The notes under the pieces: model-generated | Database searches by the model: none | Told to the model about the DNA's origin: nothing | Seen by the model: the letters and a program-made list of their open reading frames with translations, nothing else | Origin: an uncultured delta proteobacterium | Lineage (GTDB): Bacteria > Desulfobacterota > Binatia > JACPRU01 | Length of the DNA: 64,000 nt | Direction of reading: 5' to 3' | NCBI GenBank assembly: GCA_963745025.1 | Contig: CAVUWD010000012.1 | Span: 32,001 to 96,000, forward strand | Made by a program: the position numbers and the translations under genes | Shown here: positions 9,069-19,400 of the stretch, in pieces | Position numbering within the stretch: position 1 is the first letter of the stretch | Layout of the letters: each line of letters opens with the position of its first letter

Positions 9069-11579
9069 ATGGCTTCGGCACCCCTGTCGTTCCCACGCTA
9101 CTGCGCCGAGGATATCGCCCTCCTCGCGGAGACCGCCGAGAAGCTGCTGCCTCACACCGCCGCGATTGCTGAAGCCTGGACCGAGGAGCTGATCCGCGAG
9201 CTCGAGCCGCCGCTTCGGACGTCCTTCGAAAATCTCGCAGCCGTGAACCGTCGCCTACTCGAGCGGTATTTCACGAACCTGCGCGAGCGGCGGCTCGATC
9301 GGGTACTCGAGGAGAGTCGCGGGGCAACGGTGGCCCTTCTCGAGTCCGAGCGCGAGCTCGCGCCGGGCGAGCGATCTACACTCGCTCAGCTTCACTTGTC
9401 GCTTGAAATCGGCAGCGCCCAGGTCTTCGAGCGGCTACGCGATCTCTTCGGCGCGGATCCTCGCCTGGCGGCCTTTCTCGCGCTTCACAACCGGCTCTCG
9501 CTGCAACTGGCGAAGGTTATCGGCATCGGTTTCCACGAGTTCCGCTCGGAAGCCGCGCAGAGCGCGCTACGCGCGGTTTCCTCGCTGCTCGAGAGCTCCC
9601 GCAAGCTCAACCAGAGTTCCGCCTCCGTGAACGCGGTGCTTTCCGACTTGACCGTAATCGTGCGGCGGCTAGTGCCATGCGACAAGAGCTTCGCGTTTCT
9701 CTGGCGGGCGATCGAGCGCGCATACGTCACCGAAGCCAGCCTCGGAGTTTCCGATCGCGATCTGGCCACGATCCGGCGAGCGCGGCTCCGCCGCGGCGAC
9801 TTCCCGGGGATGGACCAGATCCTCGACGGCAAGGTGGCGAGCGGCACTCGCCACGACGGGCCTCTCGAGATGATGGAGCGCCTCGGCGCGATGACCTACG
9901 CGGTGGCGCCGATCTTGTCCTCGCAAGGCAAGCCACTCGGTGCGCTCGTTGCGTACCGCTGCGAGGAAGCGTCGTTCAGCGGCACCGACCTCGAGATCCT
10001 CAAGGGCGTGGCGCAGAACGCCTCGCTGGCGATCGAGAACGCGATGCTCGTCGAGCATCTCCAGGCTTCGGCTCGCTTCAAGAGCGATCTCATCAATTCG
10101 GCGCCCGACGCCATGGTCATCTCGGACAGCTCGGGACGGATCGTCCTCGTCAACGACCAGACCGTGGAGCTCTTCGGCCATCCGCGCGAGGAGCTGCTCG
10201 GCGCGTCGGTCGAGGTCCTGGTACCGCTCGGGCTTCTCGAGACCGGACACGGCGGTTTCGGAGAGCTGAGCACGGCGTCGACCCGTCTCGGACGGGACCT
10301 CAGCGGACGGCGCAAGGACGGCAGCGAGTTCCCGATCGAAGTCAGCCTCAGCCCGATGCGCACCGACGACGGAGCGCTCGTCACCATGGCCATCCGTGAC
10401 GTCACCGAGCGCAAGTGCTTCGAAGCGGAGCTTGCCCGGGCGCGTGATGCCGCACTCGAAGCGGTTCGGCTCAAGTCTTCCTTCCTCGCCAACATGAGCC
10501 ACGAGATCCGCACTCCGCTCAACGTCATCGGCGGGTACAATCAATTGATCGCCGACCGCCTCGCGGAGCTCGGCGACGACAGCCACCAAGAGGCCCTGGC
10601 CGGCATTCAGCGGGCGAGCAATCGCATCATCCGTACGGTGCAGTCGATCCTCGACATGTCGAAGATCGAGACCTCGACCTTCGAAATCCGCCCGGCGCTG
10701 ATCCAGCTATCTGTGCTCCTCGAGCAGGTCGTCCACGAGTTCCAGGAGCTGGCGAGAGCCAAGGGGCTTTCGGTCTCGTGCGAGATCAAAGAACCGGGCG
10801 CCGCGGTGCTCTTCGACGAGTACTGCCTCGCGCAGGCGCTGATCAACCTGCTCGACAACGCCGTCAAGTTCACCGCACAAGGGACGATCACGGTCCGGCT
10901 TGAGCGCGACAGCGACGGCGACCTCTGCCTCGAAGTCCGCGACACCGGCGTCGGCATCGACGAGAGCTACCGTTCCCGGCTCTTCGAGCGGTTCTCGCAG
11001 GAGGATTCGGGATACACCCGTCGCTTCGAAGGGTCGGGGCTCGGTCTCGCGCTGGTCAAGAACTACGTGGAACTGAATGGCGCGAAGGTGGCCGTGGAAA
11101 GCGAGAAGAACAAGGGCTCGGTCTTCACGATTCGGTTCGGCAAGCCCGCACAGGAGACCGGCGGGCGCGAGCCGCGCCGGCAAGCGACTCGGCCCTGTGT
11201 CCTCGTCGTCGAAGACGACGCCGAGACCCAGAATTTCATGAAGGCGCTATTCGGCCGGAGCTACGACATTCTCTTCGCGGCCTCCGGAGACGAGATGTGG
11301 CAGCGGCTCGAGGCCCGGGCCGGGCGCATCCATCTGGTGTTGATGGACCTCTCGCTCAAAGGGACCGAGAACGGACTCGAGCTGACCCGATCTCTTCGCA
11401 AGCACGCGACCTGGAAGACCCTGCCGATCATCGCCGTGACCGCGCACGCGCTTCCGGAGGATCGAACCAACGCGATTAGCGCCGGGTGCGACGCCTACCT
11501 GGAGAAGCCGATCAACAACGAACGGCTGCTCGACCTGGTCAAGCGTTTTCTCGCGCGTGCGTCGACGCCCGCCGCTTGA
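9069..11579 (+). CDS. Hybrid histidine kinase (helical globin-like N-terminus, GAF, PAS, HisKA, HATPase, REC)
   Basis: FLANMSHEIRTPL, NLLDNAVKF, DTGVGI, GSGLGL; REC VLVVEDD, DLSL, VTAH, KP; start uncertain (9051 or 9069). Confidence 0.92.
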   Translation: MASAPLSFPRYCAEDIALLAETAEKLLPHTAAIAEAWTEELIRELEPPLRTSFENLAAVNRRLLERYFTNLRERRLDRVLEESRGATVALLESERELAPGERSTLAQLHLSLEIGSAQVFERLRDLFGADPRLAAFLALHNRLSLQLAKVIGIGFHEFRSEAAQSALRAVSSLLESSRKLNQSSASVNAVLSDLTVIVRRLVPCDKSFAFLWRAIERAYVTEASLGVSDRDLATIRRARLRRGDFPGMDQILDGKVASGTRHDGPLEMMERLGAMTYAVAPILSSQGKPLGALVAYRCEEASFSGTDLEILKGVAQNASLAIENAMLVEHLQASARFKSDLINSAPDAMVISDSSGRIVLVNDQTVELFGHPREELLGASVEVLVPLGLLETGHGGFGELSTASTRLGRDLSGRRKDGSEFPIEVSLSPMRTDDGALVTMAIRDVTERKCFEAELARARDAALEAVRLKSSFLANMSHEIRTPLNVIGGYNQLIADRLAELGDDSHQEALAGIQRASNRIIRTVQSILDMSKIETSTFEIRPALIQLSVLLEQVVHEFQELARAKGLSVSCEIKEPGAAVLFDEYCLAQALINLLDNAVKFTAQGTITVRLERDSDGDLCLEVRDTGVGIDESYRSRLFERFSQEDSGYTRRFEGSGLGLALVKNYVELNGAKVAVESEKNKGSVFTIRFGKPAQETGGREPRRQATRPCVLVVEDDAETQNFMKALFGRSYDILFAASGDEMWQRLEARAGRIHLVLMDLSLKGTENGLELTRSLRKHATWKTLPIIAVTAHALPEDRTNAISAGCDAYLEKPINNERLLDLVKRFLARASTPAA

Positions 11580-11659
11580 CGCGATTATCGCGCCCGTGAT
11601 CTCCCCCTTCGAGAGATCACGGCCGACGCGAAACGGTGGGCGAGGGCAAGGCGCCGAGG

Positions 11660-12556
11660 CTACGCCGTGTGCCTCTTCACGAACGCGCCAATCTTCTGGA
11701 TCGCGTGCTCCCCTTCGTCGAGCCGACTCGCGAAGATCTGCCAGACGTGAATCTGTCCGTTCCAGACGTCGAGCTCGACCTCTACGCCCGCCTGCTTTGC
11801 CTTGTCCGCGATCCGCACGGCGTCGTCGAGCAGCGTCTCGCGCGAGCCGACCTGGATGAGGAGCGGCGGCAACCCGCGGAGATCGCCATAGAGGGGCGCG
11901 GCGAGCGGGTTCCGCAGGTCGCCGGTCTGCACGTAGGTTTTTGCCATCTGCTCGATCATCTCCTTGTGGACCATCGGATCTTCGCCGGCCTTGCTGGTCA
12001 TCGAGTCGCCGATCCCTTCGAGGTCGACCCACGGCGACAGCGGAGCGGCGCAAGCTGGCATCGGGTCGCCGTGCTGCTTGAGCGCGAGCAGCGCGGCGAA
12101 GGTGAGCCCACCGCCGGCGGAGTCGCCGGCGAGCGCGATCCGCTTCGGCTGGAGCCCCTGCTTCAGCAACCAGCGGTACGCGGCTCTCGCGTCGTCGACC
12201 GCGGCCGGGAACGGATGCTCGGGCGCGAGGCGATAGTCGAGCGCGAGCACGCGCGCCTGTGCGGCCCGAGAGAGGCGCTCGCACATGTCGCGGTGGGAGT
12301 GAATCGAGCCGAGGACGTAGCCGCCGCCGTGGAAATAGAGGATCGCGCGGTCCGGAGCTGCGCCGGGTGCGCTGATCCACTCGCCTTTGACACCGCCGGC
12401 GTCGACCTTCTCGGTCGTGGCTCCGACGGTGAGCTTCGCATCGGCGAAGAGGTCGTCCCAACCCTTGCGCATCTCGGGGAGAGTCGTTTGCGGCCCCCAG
12501 GCGCCGAACGTGGCGACGACATCGGCGATCACCTTGTCGAGTTGAGCGCTGGACAT
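11660..12556 (-). CDS. Alpha/beta hydrolase, HSL-family esterase
   Basis: HGGGY, DYRLAPEHPFPA, GDSAGG; GGAG RBS. Confidence 0.93.
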   Translation of the reverse strand: MSSAQLDKVIADVVATFGAWGPQTTLPEMRKGWDDLFADAKLTVGATTEKVDAGGVKGEWISAPGAAPDRAILYFHGGGYVLGSIHSHRDMCERLSRAAQARVLALDYRLAPEHPFPAAVDDARAAYRWLLKQGLQPKRIALAGDSAGGGLTFAALLALKQHGDPMPACAAPLSPWVDLEGIGDSMTSKAGEDPMVHKEMIEQMAKTYVQTGDLRNPLAAPLYGDLRGLPPLLIQVGSRETLLDDAVRIADKAKQAGVEVELDVWNGQIHVWQIFASRLDEGEHAIQKIGAFVKRHTA

Positions 12557-12720
12557 TGGCGACTCCTTTCCACGCTTGTAAACCCACCTCCCGTCTAGTC
12601 AAAGACGGCCTCGCTGCATAGGGTTGTCCTGCGAAGGAAGTTCGGCAGCCACAAGTTGACAGCCGAAGAAGTTGGGGATCAGAGTCGCTGCGCCGGACAT
12701 CGGCGAGACGAGGTCACATC

Positions 12721-13497
12721 ATGAAGCTCGATGGAAAAGTGGGTGTCATCACGGGGGGCGGAAGCGGCATCGGCGCCGCTTGCGCGCGAGCCTTCGTTAC
12801 CGAGGGCGCGCGTGTCGTCGTGGCCGACCGCGACGCCCAGGCCGCGCGAGCGGTCGCCGAGGAGATCTCGGGACTCGCCGTCGGCTGCGACGTCCGGCGG
12901 CAGGAAGAGATCGAGGCGTTGGTCCGTGCAGCCGAGAAGGCGTACGGCCCGATCGACGTGTTCTTCAGCAACGCGGGAATCGCCAGCGGCGTCGACCCCC
13001 TCGAGACGCCGCTCGAGGTCTGGCAGCAGCAGTGGGAGATCCACGTGATGTCTCACGTGCACGCGGTTCGCGCCGTGCTTCCGTCGATGCTCGAGCGAGG
13101 ATCGGGGTACCTGATCCAGACGGCGTCCATGGCCGGCATCCTGATCTCGCAGGGAAACTGCCCGTACACCGCAACCAAGCATGCAGCCGTCGGCCTCGCC
13201 GAATGGCTCTCCGTCACCTATCACGACCGCGGCATCCGCACGTCGCTGCTCGCTCCGCTCGGAGTCCGCACGCCGATGCTCGACACCGCTTCCCCGTTCG
13301 CGCGCTTGGCCGCCGGCCCGATCAAGGAGCCCGCGGACGTCGCCCGCATGGTCGTCGACGCCGTCCGCGAGGAGCGATTCTTGATTCTCACCGACCCCGT
13401 CGCGCAGGAGTGGATCGAGCAGAAGGCGCTCGATCCCGAACGCTGGCTCCGGGGTATGCGGCGGCTACAGGCGCGCCTCGACCAGGAATCGAGGTAA
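12721..13497 (+). CDS. SDR family oxidoreductase
   Basis: TGGGSGIG, SNAG, YTATK. Confidence 0.92.
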   Translation: MKLDGKVGVITGGGSGIGAACARAFVTEGARVVVADRDAQAARAVAEEISGLAVGCDVRRQEEIEALVRAAEKAYGPIDVFFSNAGIASGVDPLETPLEVWQQQWEIHVMSHVHAVRAVLPSMLERGSGYLIQTASMAGILISQGNCPYTATKHAAVGLAEWLSVTYHDRGIRTSLLAPLGVRTPMLDTASPFARLAAGPIKEPADVARMVVDAVREERFLILTDPVAQEWIEQKALDPERWLRGMRRLQARLDQESR

Positions 13498-16400
13498 CGG
13501 CGGAACCGGTTCCGCCGTGGTCTTCGGCGCGTCGCAAGACCTCATCGATCTCGGCGGCCAATCGAGTCACAAGCGGCGGATACAGGAGGTCGTAGTGACT
13601 GCCCTCGATCGACCGCTCCTCGAATAAACTCCCGACGCACCGCCTCCACGGGCCGATCCGATCCGACTCACCGTTGCTCGCCTGGCCGCGATGCCAGAGA
13701 ACGATCGGCGCCTGCACCGCCGGAGGATGGAACCCCTCGACCAGCGCCACGTGGGCGTCGAACAGCGAGAAGTAGCGCTCGAGCAGCGCCGGCGAGACGC
13801 TGGCTTCGAGGAGCCCGCGCTCGGTCAGCCAGCGAACGATGGTGGCGCCGCGCGCGCTCGCCGGCGCCGCAAGCACGCGTGAGGCGAGGTCGGTGGCATG
13901 CTCCTCGAGCTTCGCGGGCTCGAGGCGCCGCAGCGGCGCGAATTCACGCGCGAAGGTGCGGTACATGTCGACGATGTGCCGCGTCACATACCCGCCGGTG
14001 CGGCGGCCCGGCAGGGTGAGCGAGAGATCCGAGTCGACGACGCCGAGCAGCTCGACGCGCTCGCCGCGCCCTTCGAGCACTGTGGTGACGGCGAGCGCCA
14101 GGATTCCACCGAGCGAAAATCCGAGCAGCCGGTAGGGGCCGCTCGGCTGACGCTCGACGATCTCGGTCGCATAGTCCGCGGCGAGCCTGGCGAGGGAGAT
14201 CTGCTCGGCGACGCCCTGGGCGATCGCGCGAGACTGCAGGCCGTGGACCGGAAGGTCCGCGGGAAGGCTCTCGGCGAGGTGCTGATAGACGTTGGCGAGC
14301 CCGCCCGCAGGATGGACGCAGAAGAGCGGCAAGCGGCTTCCCTCGGCGCGAAAGGCGAGGATGAGATCCGCCCTTGGGTGCGGCGTTTGCGACACCGTAG
14401 CAGTCAGCTGAGCGGACGGGCCTGGAGAGCTCGCCGGCGCCGCCATCAACACCTCGAACAACACCGCCGCCAGCCGCTCGATGGTGGTGCCGGCCGTGAG
14501 CTTGCTGGTCGGCAGCGCGAGGGCGAACTGGGTCTCGATGCGATTCACGAGCTCGAAGGCCATCAGCGAATCCACGCCGAGTTCCGAGAGCGGCCGACCG
14601 ACGTCGAGCTTCGTCGCGGACGTGCGCAGCACCCGTCCGACCTGCTCGCGAACGTAGGCGGTGACTAAGCCGAGCCGCTGCTCTGCGGGCGCCTCGAGAA
14701 AGGTGTCGCGAACGCCCCGGCCCGCCTTGCCGCCGTCGGCGGCGGCCGATACGCCGATCAGGGCGGCGTAACGGGGCGCCGAAGCGACTGCCGGCAGGAA
14801 GCTCGCCCATCGGTGCCAGTCGACCCTGACGACGCCGATTTGCCCCGCCCGGCTGCGCAGCAGCCGACCGAGCAGCCCGAGCGCTTCGGCAGGGGAGATA
14901 CCGAGGATGCCCTGTCGCGTGAGGTGCTCCTTTACCTTCTCGTGCCGTGCCACGTAACCCACTTCGGAGAGCTGACCCCAGTTGACGGCCAGCGCGGGCA
15001 GGCCGAGCCTGCGGCGGTAGTGGGCGAGCGCGTCGAGAAAGCCGTTGGCCGCGACGTAGTTACCCTGCGCCGGAGCGCCGACGATCGAGCTTACCGAGGA
15101 GAACAGCACGAAGAAGTCGAGGGCGAGATCGCGCGACTGCAGGTGGAGGTTCCACGCGCCGTGGACCTTCGGAGCCATGACGCGGTGCAGCCGCTCGGCG
15201 TCGAGCTGCGTGAGAATTCCGTCGTCGAGCACCATCGCCGCGTGGACGACGCCGCGTAGCGGCGGCAGCGACGTCGCGATCCTGCGAAACAGACGGGCCA
15301 CCTGCTCGGCATTTGCCGCGTCGCTCTTGGCGACGACCACGCGCACTCCGCGGCGCCGGAGCGCGGAGAGGGCGCGACGGGCTCGGGGAGTCGACGCCCC
15401 GCTGCGGCCGGCGAGCACCAGGCAACGGGCGCCGTTCTCGACCATCCATTGCGCGAGGGCGAGGCCGAAGCCGCCGAGCCCGCCCGTGATCAGATAGCTG
15501 GCGTCTTTCCGGAAGCGGGCCACCGCCGCTCCTCCCGCCGCACGCGGCCGGACTTGATCGTCGTCCATCGACACCACGACCTTGCCGACATGCTGCGCCT
15601 TGGCCATGAAGCGAAACGCGCCGGCCAAGTCCGACACGGCAAACGCGCGATGCGGCAGCGGATGGAGCTTGCGGGCGGCAAAGCGCCCGAGAATCTCGGC
15701 GATCAACGCGCGCGTGAGCACCGGATGGTCACGCATCACCTGCGGCAGGTCGACCGCGAACATCGACAGGCTTCTGCGAAACGACCGAAGCCCGATCCGC
15801 GTGTCCTGGTAGATGTCGCGCTTGCCGATCTCGAGGAAGCGGCCGTGCGGCGCAAGCACCGACAAGCCCTTGGCGATCGCCTCGCCGGCGAGCGAGTTGA
15901 GCACCAGGTCGACGCCCCGCCCGCCGGTCGCCGCGAGCACTTGATCCGCGAAGGCGAGCGAACGCGAGTCCATCACGTGCCCGTGCGCGACGCCGAGCGC
16001 GCGCAGGAAGTCGCGCTTTTCGGGGCTGCCCGCGGTGGCGAAGATCTCGGCGCCGGCAAGCCGCGCGATCTCGAGCGCCGCCAGGCCGACTCCGCCGGTC
16101 GCCGCCTGCACCAGCACCTTCTCCCCTCGGCCGATCTGCCCCAAATGGTGGAGGGCGTACCATGCCGTGAGGAACACCACCGGAATCGTCGCCGCCTCCT
16201 CGAACGAGAGTCCCCGCGGTATGCGCGCCACGCGGCCCGCCTCGAGGGTCAAGTGCGAGGCGAAGCAGCCGCTCCCCATCGCCAACACCGCGTCTTCCTC
16301 GCGGAGCCCGTCGACGCCGGGTCCGAGCGCGACGATGCGGCCGGCGCACTCGTCGCCGATCCGTAGATCGTCGTCGTTCTCGATGGGATAGATCCCGAGC

Positions 16401-19400
16401 GCCTTCATCACGTCGCGGAAGTTGAGCGCCGCGGCGCGCACCTCGATCTCGACCTCGCCCCGTGCGGGGCGGCGCCTCGGTTGGGCGCTCGGCCGCAGGC
16501 TGTCGAGCGCTCCCGGCGAGGGGATCTCCCATCGATAGCTCCGCGCCGCGGAGCCGTACGCGCCCAGCCGATCGAGCGAGGTCCTCGCCAGGCGGTTCAC
16601 GTGGCGCACCTCGCCGCGCAGCGCGATCTCTTCCTCGACGTCCTCAAAGCGGAGCTCCGCGACCAGGCGCTCGAGTTCGCCAGCGCCGGCGCGCGGGTCG
16701 AGGTCGATCATCCGGCAGCGCAGGCGCCGCTGCTCGTTCTGGATGACGCGGCCGAGCGCCCAGAGCGGCGCCTGCGCCGGCGACACTTCCTCGTCGCCGA
16801 TCTTTTGCGAGCCGCGCGTCACGAGCCAGAGCCGCGGCGTCTTCGCCGATTCGTCTGCGCACAGCGCCTGAACCAAATGCAACGCCGCAAGACAGCCGCA
16901 CCGCTCGGCGTCGATCAAGGTGTCGAGCGTCGTTTCGGAAGGCGGCGGAAGATCGAGGCTCCAGAGGTGCACGATCGCATCCGCCGGCGTTTGCAGGTCG
17001 GCGAACAGGTGGCGGAGCTGCTCGGCCGATCGCGGGTCGACCTCGAAACGGCCGTCTCCCCGCTCGCGGTAGCTGCTCCCCGCAAACACCAGCGCCACGG
17101 AGTCTCCGCACACAGCCAGCAGAGCGGCGAGGGCCTCCGCCGTGCCGCCGCGATCGGCGAGCAAGACCCAGCTCCGCGCCTCGCCGCACGGCGACGGTGC
17201 TGCGGGCTGCGGGGCACGCGCAGCCGGCTTGGACCGCGGCGCGCGCGCCACCAGGATCGTCTGCCCGGAGCGGTGCCCGGAGCGGACGTCTGGCACGGCA
17301 TTCACCTCGGTGAAGCCGGCCTCGACGAGCAGCCGGCGCCAGCTCGACCGCCCGAGGAGCGGGTGCCGCGGTCGGAGATCATGGTCGCGGAAGCGCCACC
17401 AGCCCGGGGTCAGGCCAAACACGAGATCGACCCACCGCGTCGGCCGGTCGATCTCGAGGGCGACGAACACGCCTTGCGGGGCGACGAGCTCGCGCACGTG
17501 AGCGAGCGACTCGGAGAGGCGGGCCGTCGCGTGCAGCGCGTCGCAGGCGATCACGACGTCGAAGGAGTGCGCCTCCAATCCCTGCTCGGCGGGCGGCTGC
17601 TCGATGTCGAGGAGCTGGCAACGAAGACGAGGGAATTCGAAGAATTTCTGCTCCGCCCGCGCGAAAAACATGGGAGAGACGTCCGAGAAGACGTACTCGG
17701 CGTCCGCCGGGAGGCGCCGCAGCACGTGCGCGGTGGTGCCGCCCGTGCCTGCGCCGATCTCGAGGACGCGCAGCGTCCTGCCGTCGGGGATTTCGCCGAC
17801 GGCCTCAGCCACCGCGGCCGCGACGGCGTGGTTGTAATCGGCGAACGATGGCGCGTCCTGATAGAGCTGCTCGAGCGCGAGGAGCGACCCGCCGGGAGCG
17901 ATCACAGCAAGCGGATCGCTCTCGCCGCGGAGAACTGCCGCGAGCGCGCTTCCGGTGCGGCGCAGCAGCACGAGCTCGGGATGAAACGCGGGAAAGCGCT
18001 CGAGCAGCGTTCGCCAGAGCAACTCGCACTCGGTCGTCTCGGGGAGGCGGCGTACGCGCCAGCGATCACGCGAGCGGGAGAGAATCCCGTCGTCGGCGAG
18101 AAACCCGAGGAAGCGATCGAGCAGCGGCCGATGTGCGGAAGCAATGCCGAGGCTCCGGGCGAGCGATTCGGCGCGGAGCGAGCGCCCGGCGCGGGGCTTC
18201 CAGCCGAGCTCGCGCAATGCGGCTACGACGTAGCCCCGACAGAGGCGGTCGAGCTCGCGCTCGATCGCCAGAAAGCGTGCGCGCGCCCCGCCCCTTCCTT
18301 GCCGCTGCGCGAGCACCTCGTACGCGCGGCCGGCAGCGCGAGACGCCGGACGGAGGAAGTCAGCCGGGAGCACGGGAGCCGTGGTGCCGGGAAGCGGCTT
18401 GGCCTCCCACCTCGACTCGTAGAGCCAGCTCTCGGGGTCCTCCGAGATCGCCGCGCGCAGAGCCTGGCAGCGAAAGCCCTCGATCTCGACCAGTAGCGCT
18501 CCCGAATCGTCGACGATGCGGATGTCGCCGACGATCGCGTTGCCGCCGCGGCGGACGAGCCGGGCGTGGCTCCACACCGCGGGGCCCGGACGGGAGAAGA
18601 AGCGCAGCCGCTCGATGTGCACCGGGAGGTAGAGCCGCGCGCCGCCGGCTGGCTCCTCGGGCAGCGCCGCAGACAGCACCTGGAAGCAGGCATCGAGCAG
18701 CGCCGGGTGCACGCGGTATCGGCCGACTGCTTCGGTGATGGGCTCGGGCGCGCGGACCCGACCGAGGGCCTCGCCGTCGCCGCGCCAGAGCGTCTCGATG
18801 CCCCGAAACGCCGGGCCGAACTCGAGCCCCGCATCGCGGAAGCGCCGATAGCATTCCTGCGGCGAAACCCGTTGCCCGCAACGGGCGCGCACGCGCGCGA
18901 GCGTCGACCGCTCGGCGGGCTCCGCGTCCGAGTCGGGACGGAGCCGCCCCACGCAGTGAGCCGTCCAGCGGCCAACCTCGGCGCCGAGAGAGCTCGAGAT
19001 AGTGAAACGCGAATCCTGCGGTTCGAGCGAGATTTGCAGCCGAGGAACGTCCTCGCCCTCGGGAACGACCAGGGCGCGCACGAAATCGACGTCCTCGAGC
19101 CGCCACGGAGCGGCGCCGAGCTGTTTGTCCGCGGCCTCCGCCGCCACCTCGACGTAGCCCGCCGCCGGAAACACCACGTGGCCCTGCACGCGGTGATCCT
19201 TCAGGTACGGCATCGCCTCCTTGTCGATCCAACCTTCCCAGGTAGACTCCGCCGCGCCGACGTCCCGTGCCAAGAACGGATGGAGCGCGGGATCGAGGCG
19301 CCGCTGCCGGCTGCCCTCGGACTCGTGCCAGAAGCGCTCGCGCTGCCACGCATAGCCGGGCAGCGTCGCGAGGCGCTCTGCCTGCGGGTAGACTCCGCGC

